Part shown: piece after piece, positions 55,702-64,000 of the stretch
Layout of the letters: each line of letters begins with the position of its first letter
Position numbering within the stretch: the stretch's first letter is position 1
Translations under genes and position numbers: made by a program
The notes under the pieces: model-generated
Databases searched by the model: none
What the model was told of the DNA's origin: nothing
What the model saw: the letters and a program-made list of their open reading frames with translations, nothing else
Assembly (NCBI RefSeq): GCF_041393715.1
Contig: NZ_JAWKJQ010000006.1
Location: 76,680 to 140,679 of the forward strand
DNA from: Nocardioides sp.
Lineage (GTDB): Bacteria > Actinomycetota > Actinomycetes > Propionibacteriales > Nocardioidaceae
Length of the DNA: 64,000 nt
Direction: 5' to 3'

Positions 55702-55927
55702 GTCGCCTCGGGCACTCCGCCGGCCGGCCGTGGCCGGCGAGGACACACGCCAGGTGCTGCGCAGGGACCCGCGCTGGGGACCGGTCCCGCGCTGTCGCCG
55801 GCTGGGTCGGCAGGGAGTGACCCGAGGTGCGCCCGGAGTCCCGAGCTCCGCGGCGAACCGGGCGCGGGACCTCGCAGCGGCCCCCAGCCGCGGCAACGGT
55901 CCCGCGCCCGGTGCCGGCATCGGGGGT

Positions 55928-57460
55928 TCAGGCAGGCTCCAGGAACCCCTCGGCCACCAGGTCCTCGACCGCGGGCAGCGTCGAGGCGAGCAGCGTGGCG
56001 GGGTCGTGGCCCAGGAGCTGGGCGACCGCCGAGAGGATCTGGCCGACGGTGAGGTCGCCGTCGCACGCGCCCACCAGCGCAGCCTCGACGGTGTCGACCC
56101 GGCGGGCGCGGCGGAGCCCCCGCTGCTGCCGCAGCACGATGCTCTCGGGGTCCTCGGCACCCGGCGTACCGCTGGTCTCCTGGACGACGTCGGCGCGTTG
56201 ACGCAGCACCAGGGCCTCCGGGTCGGAGGTCTCCGCGAGCAGGTCGGCGGCGGCTCCCCAGCCGGAGATCGCCGGCGCGATCGGCTGCTCGACGGCGTAC
56301 GGCCAGTCGAGCAGCTCCACCCGGGGCGACCGGTCGACACGACGCAGGTTGATCCACCCGAAGCCCACCCCCTCGACACCCTGGGCGTCCAGCCAGGACA
56401 GCCAGGTGTCGTAGCGCTCGGCATAGTCGGCGGCACCGTGGTGGCCCGAGTCCTTGAGCCACAGCTCGACGTACTCCGCCGGGTCGAGGACCTCGCGCTG
56501 GACCACCAGGGCGTCACAGCTGCCGTCGAGCCACCCGGCGAGCCGCTCGTCCCACGGCTGGTCCGTCGCGATCACCCAGTTGGCCAGCACCTGACACCAA
56601 CCGCCGGGGGCCAGGTGGTCGGGAGCGCGGCGGACCAGGTGCTCCACGACCTGGTCGCCGGGCAGCCCGGAGTCGCGGTAGACGAGCCGCTCCCCGGTGG
56701 CCGGGCTGATCACGAACGGCGGGTTGGTGCTGATCAGGTCGAAGCGCTCGCCGGCCACCGGGTCGAAGAGCGACCCGTCGCGCACCTCGATGCCCGGCAG
56801 GCCGTTGAGGTCCGCGTTGAATCGGGCGATCCGGAGTGCGCGCGGGTTGACGTCGGTCGCGACCACCTCGGTGGCGTGCCGAGCCAGGTGGAGCGCCTGC
56901 ACGCCGCAGCCGGTGCCCAGGTCGAGCGCCCGACCCACGTCGTCGCGGATGGTTTGCTGGGCCAGGCTGGTCGAGGCGGGGCTGATGCCGAGCACGTGGT
57001 CGGCGCCGACGCGGGCGCTGCCCCCGTCGAGGCCCGGGGTCAGGTCGGAGACGACCCACAGGTCGTGGTCGCCCGCGGCGTCGGGGGCGGCGTAGGGCCG
57101 CACGTCGAGGTGCGCGGCCACCTCGCCGACGCTGGTCACGAGCAGTCCCTCGACGGCGAGCGCGTCGACGAGGCCCGGCAGCGCCCGGTCGGCGGCCGCC
57201 CTGGTGACCGGCACCTGCAGGAGGAAGAGCCTGGTCAGCGTCTCCAGCGGTGAGCCGCCTGCGGTCCGACGCAGGCCGGGGGTCGTCTCGTTGCGGGCCA
57301 GCGCCTCGTGGGCCCGCCGGCCGAGCAGCCCCGCCACCTCGTCGTAGGTGTACGTCGCCCTGGCCAGCGCCTCACCCAGCCGCGTCGCCAGCTCCCCGGT
57401 CGCCTCCCGGGGCGCCTCCCCCGGCGCCTCCCCCGGCGCCTCCTCATCCCCTCCGCTCAC
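55928..57460 (-). CDS. Class I SAM-dependent methyltransferase
   Basis: ALDLGTGCGVQA, TDVNPRAL, STNPPF; conserved position next to topA/hppA. Confidence 0.88.
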   Translation of the reverse strand: MSGGDEEAPGEAPGEAPREATGELATRLGEALARATYTYDEVAGLLGRRAHEALARNETTPGLRRTAGGSPLETLTRLFLLQVPVTRAAADRALPGLVDALAVEGLLVTSVGEVAAHLDVRPYAAPDAAGDHDLWVVSDLTPGLDGGSARVGADHVLGISPASTSLAQQTIRDDVGRALDLGTGCGVQALHLARHATEVVATDVNPRALRIARFNADLNGLPGIEVRDGSLFDPVAGERFDLISTNPPFVISPATGERLVYRDSGLPGDQVVEHLVRRAPDHLAPGGWCQVLANWVIATDQPWDERLAGWLDGSCDALVVQREVLDPAEYVELWLKDSGHHGAADYAERYDTWLSWLDAQGVEGVGFGWINLRRVDRSPRVELLDWPYAVEQPIAPAISGWGAAADLLAETSDPEALVLRQRADVVQETSGTPGAEDPESIVLRQQRGLRRARRVDTVEAALVGACDGDLTVGQILSAVAQLLGHDPATLLASTLPAVEDLVAEGFLEPA

Positions 57461-57507
57461 CCGCCGACCCTAGACCGCCTCCCCGCCCCGAGCCGGCGCT
57501 CCCGTCC

Positions 57508-57796
57508 CGCGAGATGCCGGAAATGGCCCCGCGAGATGCCCGAAATGATCTCGCGAGATGCCGGAAATGGTGGCACGAAATGCCGAAGATGGCGGCGCCA
57601 CGTCAGGCGTACGTCGATCCAACGGCCACCCTTGCCTCCGCTGGAGCCCTTCCGGCACGTGGGACGGCCAACTCGGGCACGTGGCGCGACCGTTTCCCCC
57701 ATCTCGCGGGACCATTTCCCCATCTCGCGGGACCGTTTCGCGCACGTCGCGGGACCATTTCGCGCACGTCGCGGGACCATTTCCCGCATGTCGCGG
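57508..57796. repeat. Intergenic inverted array of about 22-bp repeats (4 units, spacer, 5 inverted units)
   Basis: CGCGAGATGCCGGAAATGG-like units at 57508, 57530, 57552, 57574; GACCATTTC...TCGCGG units from 57688 to 57796. Confidence 0.85.
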
Positions 57797-57946
57797 ACTG
57801 GGGTGCCGTGTCGGGGATGGCGACGGCCCGCCCCGGGAGATCCGGGGCGGGCCGTCGAGGTGGTGCTGTCAGCGTGACCGTTCTGGTCGGCGGCCGCCGG
57901 TCGGTCCGGCCGGCGGGTGCCGGTCAGTCGAGTCGGCGGGTGCCGG

Positions 57947-60262
<2,316 letters not shown>

Positions 60263-60409
60263 GTGTGTCCTCCTGAGTAAAGCAAAGCGCGTGAACGGTG
60301 CGGAGTCTACGCAGGAGGGGCGTTCTGGGCGCACGCGGGTGTGAGCAGCGCCACGCCACTCACCCCTGCGGGTGTGGGTGGTCGGCGGGCGACCCCGTGC
60401 GGGCGCCGG

Positions 60410-60748
60410 TCAGGTGGCGGCGAGTGCCGACTCGGCCGAGCCGTGGATGGCGAACACCTTCGCCAGGCCGGTGATCTTGAAGATCTTGAGAAGCCGGTCC
60501 TGGTTGCACACCAGCTCGAGGGTGCCGTCGTGGGCGCGGACCTTCTTGAGCCCGCCGACCAGGACGCCCAGCCCGGTCGAGTCGAGGAACTCCACGCTCT
60601 CCATGTCGATGACGATCCGGTAGCGGCCGTCGGCGACCAGCTCGGTGATCTTGTCGCGGAGCTTGGGCGCGGTGTAGACGTCGATCTCGCCGCCGACGGA
60701 GACGACGGTCTTGCCGTCGGCCTCTCGCGTCGTCAGGGTCAGGTCCAC
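60410..60748 (-). CDS. bldG: STAS-domain anti-sigma-factor antagonist (BldG-like)
   Basis: [28 protein letters not shown]; lies between hppA and the DUF1998 helicase. Confidence 0.88.
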   Translation of the reverse strand: MDLTLTTREADGKTVVSVGGEIDVYTAPKLRDKITELVADGRYRIVIDMESVEFLDSTGLGVLVGGLKKVRAHDGTLELVCNQDRLLKIFKITGLAKVFAIHGSAESALAAT

Positions 60749-60928
60749 GATCTGCTCCTCCAGCAGCACGGTCGGGTGCGCGCGCGTGCGGACGCCGAGC
60801 GCGACCGCCTCAGGCATTATCAAACCACGCAATCCGGCTGCGTGCAGGGCAGGCCCGACAACCCGGTCCAAACCACCCGGGGGCGCCGGCGGCCTCTCGG
60901 TGTCACCGCGGTTTGCCAGACTCCGTGC

Positions 60929-63259
60929 GTGACCCGACCGACCCCCGACCCCCAGGCGCTGGTGGAGGGGCTGGCGCATCGTCCGGGTCGCGAGGACCGG
61001 CTGACGCACCTGCGGGTGCTGCCGGCCCGCGAGGCCACCTTCGAGGACTGGCCCGACTGGGTGCCGGGCCCGGTGCGGACGGCGTACGCCGGGCGAGGGG
61101 TGGCCCGGCCGTGGCGTCACCAGGTGGTCGCGGCCGAGGCGGCGCGCACCGGACAGCACGTGGTGGTGGCCACGGGAACGGCGTCCGGCAAGTCGCTGGC
61201 CTACCAGCTGCCGGGCCTCACCGAGATCCTCGAACGTCGAGGGCCGCGCGGACAACGGGGCGCCACGGTGCTCTACGTCGCGCCGACCAAGGCGCTCGCA
61301 CACGACCAGCTCGACGGCGTGCGCGCGCTGGGGCTCGACGTGCGGGCGGTCACTCACGACGGCGACTCCTCACGCGAGCAGCGCGACTGGACGCGGGCGT
61401 TCGGTGAGTACGTCCTCACCAACCCCGACATGCTGCACCGCTCGCTGCTGCCGGGCCACCAACGATGGAGCTCCTTCCTGGGGTCGCTGCGCTACGTCGT
61501 GATCGACGAGTGCCACCACTACCGCGGGGTGTTCGGCGCGCACGTGTCGCACGTGCTGCGCCGGCTGCGCCGGGTGTGCGCGTCGTACGGCGCGTCCCCG
61601 ACGTTCGTGCTCGCGTCGGCCACCGTCGCCGACCCGGAGGTCGCGGCCTCGCGCCTCACCGGCCTCGACGTGCTGGCGCTGACCACCGACCACTCGCCGC
61701 GGGGCCGGCTGGCGGTGGCCCTCTGGGAGCCACCGTTCGTGTCGCATGCCGGCGAGAACGGTGCACCGGTGCGCCGCGCCGCCTCGTCGGAGACCGCCGA
61801 CCTGCTCACCGACCTGATGGTCGACGGGGTCCGCACGCTGGCGTTCATCAGGTCGCGGCGCGGGGTCGAGCAGGTGGCGATGGTCGCCGCCGAGCTGCTC
61901 GGCGAGGTCGACCCGAGCCTGCCTCCTCGGGTGGCCGCCTATCGGGGTGGCTACCTCCCCGAGGAACGCCGTGCCCTGGAACGGCGGCTGCGCGAGGGTG
62001 ACCTGCTCGGGCTCGCGGCGACCAACGCCCTCGAGCTCGGCATCGACATCAGCGGTCTGGACGCGGTCGTGATCGCAGGCTTCCCCGGCACCCGTGCAGC
62101 GCTGTGGCAACAGCTCGGCCGTGCGGGGCGCGACCGGCAGGACGCGCTCGGCATCCTGGTCGCCCGCGACGACCCGCTCGACACCTTCCTGGTCACCCAT
62201 CCCGAGTCGCTGTTCGGACAGCCTGTGGAAGCCACCGTCTTCGACCCGGGCAACGAGCACGTCCTCGGGCCCCACCTGTGCGCCGCGGCGCAGGAGATCC
62301 CGCTCACCGAGGCCGACCTGCCGCTCTTCGGGCCGACCGCGCGCGCGGCCGTGGATGCGCTGACCCTGGCCGGGCTGCTGCGGCGGCGGCCCCGCGGATG
62401 GTTCTGGACCGACCGCCGGCGCGCCGCCGACCTCGCCGACCTGCGCTCGACCGGGGGCTCCGCCATCCAGCGGGTCGACGAGGCGACCGGCCGCGTCGTC
62501 GGCACCGTCGACCCCGGCGGCGCGCATGCCACCGCCCATCCCGGCGCGGTCTATCTCCACCTCGGCGAGACGTGGTTGGTCACCGCGCTCGACCTCGACG
62601 ACCACGTGGCCCTGATGCACCCCGCGCCGGACCTCGACTGCACGACCACCGCTCGAGAGATCACCGAGATCTCGATCCGCGAGGAGCGTCGGGCGCAGAC
62701 CTGGGGAGAGTGCCGGCTCTCCTGGGGGTTGGTCGAGGTCACCCACCAGACCGTGTCCTACCTCCGCCGGCGCCAACCCGGCGGCGAGGTGCTGGGCGAG
62801 GAGCCCCTGGACCTCCCCGCACGCTCGCTCGTCACTGCCGCCGTCTGGTGGACGGTCCCGGGGGACGCGCTCGACGATGCCGGACTCGCGACCGCCGACC
62901 TCCCCGGTGCGGCCCATGCGGCCGAGCACTGCTCGATCGGGCTGCTGCCGCTGTTCGCCACCTGCGACCGCTGGGACATCGGTGGGGTGTCGACCGCGCT
63001 CCACCCCGACACCGGCCGACTCACCGTCTTCGTCCATGACGGTCACCCCGGCGGCGCCGGCTTCGCCGAACGAGGGTACGCCGCCGCGCGCGAGTGGCTC
63101 ACCGCCACCAGGGAGACCATCGCGTCGTGCGCCTGCGCGGACGGCTGCCCGTCGTGTGTCCAGTCGCCCAAGTGCGGCAACCAGAACCACCCCCTCGACA
63201 AGGAGGCCGCGGGACTGCTCCTCGACGTGCTCCTGGAGCACGCGCCCCCCGCGGGGTGA
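60929..63259 (+). CDS. DEAD/DEAH-box helicase with DUF1998 domain (Hrq1/SftH-like)
   Basis: [29 protein letters not shown]-terminal CxCxxGCPSC. Confidence 0.93.
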   Translation: MTRPTPDPQALVEGLAHRPGREDRLTHLRVLPAREATFEDWPDWVPGPVRTAYAGRGVARPWRHQVVAAEAARTGQHVVVATGTASGKSLAYQLPGLTEILERRGPRGQRGATVLYVAPTKALAHDQLDGVRALGLDVRAVTHDGDSSREQRDWTRAFGEYVLTNPDMLHRSLLPGHQRWSSFLGSLRYVVIDECHHYRGVFGAHVSHVLRRLRRVCASYGASPTFVLASATVADPEVAASRLTGLDVLALTTDHSPRGRLAVALWEPPFVSHAGENGAPVRRAASSETADLLTDLMVDGVRTLAFIRSRRGVEQVAMVAAELLGEVDPSLPPRVAAYRGGYLPEERRALERRLREGDLLGLAATNALELGIDISGLDAVVIAGFPGTRAALWQQLGRAGRDRQDALGILVARDDPLDTFLVTHPESLFGQPVEATVFDPGNEHVLGPHLCAAAQEIPLTEADLPLFGPTARAAVDALTLAGLLRRRPRGWFWTDRRRAADLADLRSTGGSAIQRVDEATGRVVGTVDPGGAHATAHPGAVYLHLGETWLVTALDLDDHVALMHPAPDLDCTTTAREITEISIREERRAQTWGECRLSWGLVEVTHQTVSYLRRRQPGGEVLGEEPLDLPARSLVTAAVWWTVPGDALDDAGLATADLPGAAHAAEHCSIGLLPLFATCDRWDIGGVSTALHPDTGRLTVFVHDGHPGGAGFAERGYAAAREWLTATRETIASCACADGCPSCVQSPKCGNQNHPLDKEAAGLLLDVLLEHAPPAG

Positions 63260-63294
63260 GGCGGCGCGGGCGGTCGGTGGGTTAGCCTGCCCGC

Positions 63295-63582
63295 ATGGTG
63301 TTCCTGGGCCTGCTGCTGATCGTGCTCGGCGCGGTCGCGATCCTGTCGGCGGTCTTCGTGAGCGACGGCAGCGCCGAACTGCTCGGCATGGACCTCTCCG
63401 CACTGACGATCTTCCTGATCGGTGTCGCCGCCGGTGCCGCGCTGATCTGGGGCTTCGCGATCCTGAAGTACGGCACCAAGCGCGAGCTGCGCCAGCGCAA
63501 GGAGCGCAAGCAGCTCAACGAGCTGTCGGAGAAGCTCGACAAGGTGGAGGCCGACCGCCGCGCCGACGGCGACGAGAGCTGA
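63295..63582 (+). CDS. Hypothetical small membrane protein with C-terminal coiled coil
   Basis: Two TM segments followed by a charged helix. Confidence 0.7.
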   Translation: MVFLGLLLIVLGAVAILSAVFVSDGSAELLGMDLSALTIFLIGVAAGAALIWGFAILKYGTKRELRQRKERKQLNELSEKLDKVEADRRADGDES

Positions 63583-63597
63583 GGTCGCGCCGCCGAG

Positions 63598-63936
63598 TCA
63601 CGCCGGGCCGGCCCGCGAGGTGGCCCTGAGCCCCAGCGGATGACCCGGCCAGGCCCGACTCTCGAGCTCGACGGTCACGAGCACGTCGGCGCCCAGGACC
63701 GAGCACCCGACCAGGCGGGCACGGTTGGCCGAGGCGATCCGCGCCGCCGCACCACACGGGTCGGAGGCCGCGGCGCCGGCGAGCGCCGCCAGGTCGGCGG
63801 CTGACTGGGCGCGACGGTGGTCGACGACGAGCGCCGTCACCGACGTGAGTGCCAGCCCGACGAAGAGCAGCACACCGGCCATCGTCACCGCGAACAGGCT
63901 CGCCGACCCCCGCGCCCCGTGGTGGGTGCCGCTCAC
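63598..63936 (-). CDS. Rv3654c-family TadE-like pilin protein
   Basis: RGSAS prepilin-like motif, hydrophobic helix, AQSAADLAALAGA, SRAGP end. Confidence 0.88.
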   Translation of the reverse strand: MSGTHHGARGSASLFAVTMAGVLLFVGLALTSVTALVVDHRRAQSAADLAALAGAAASDPCGAAARIASANRARLVGCSVLGADVLVTVELESRAWPGHPLGLRATSRAGPA

Positions 63937-64000
63937 CCGCCCGGCTCCGCGGCCGCGACCGCCTCGGCCTCCAGGCGGGCACCCGGCAGGAAGGCCAGCA
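63933..64000 (-). CDS. Probable TadE-family protein, 3' end only
   Basis: Reads ..LPGARLEAEAVAAAEPGG* with GTGA overlap; only 68 nt visible. Confidence 0.55.
   Translation of the reverse strand, partial: LAFLPGARLEAEAVAAAEPGG

Noticed and set aside
57508-57796. Possible CRISPR array
   Set aside because: Units are contiguous with no unique spacers, orientation flips midway, and no cas genes are present.

Overview
High-GC actinobacterial chromosome segment; gene content and order resemble Nocardioidaceae (inference). The core scaffold is ftsH-hpt-tilS-DUF2342-dacB-ppa ... tRNA-Thr(CGT) ... holB-tmk-topA ... methyltransferase-hppA-bldG-DUF1998 helicase-tad. It is interrupted by accessory genes: a TPP-riboswitch thiamine ABC operon, an ECF41 sigma/CMD pair, psuKG, a glycolipid-type GT4/PIG-L/flippase/PAP2 cluster, metPS, an orphan HerA-like ATPase and a small GTPase-Roadblock-Roadblock module. 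The strongest signal not explained by the gene list is one promoter architecture found five times: heptamer-N4-heptamer (11-bp period), then exactly 9 nt, then a (C/G)ANNNT -10 box. All five copies precede secreted-protein genes, and the window holds two SARP/BTAD-NB-ARC-TPR regulators. Each regulator's stop codon lies inside the operator of a secreted protease gene directly downstream. Other signals: two REP-like 24-bp inverted-repeat doublets, an inverted 22-bp repeat array, a tandem duplication of the tRNA 3' end, a hairpin loop shared by two peptidoglycan-hydrolase leaders, a candidate PHO box, and three single-base frameshifts that may be sequencing errors. Coordinates were read by eye and start codons are best estimates. 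No database searches were run.
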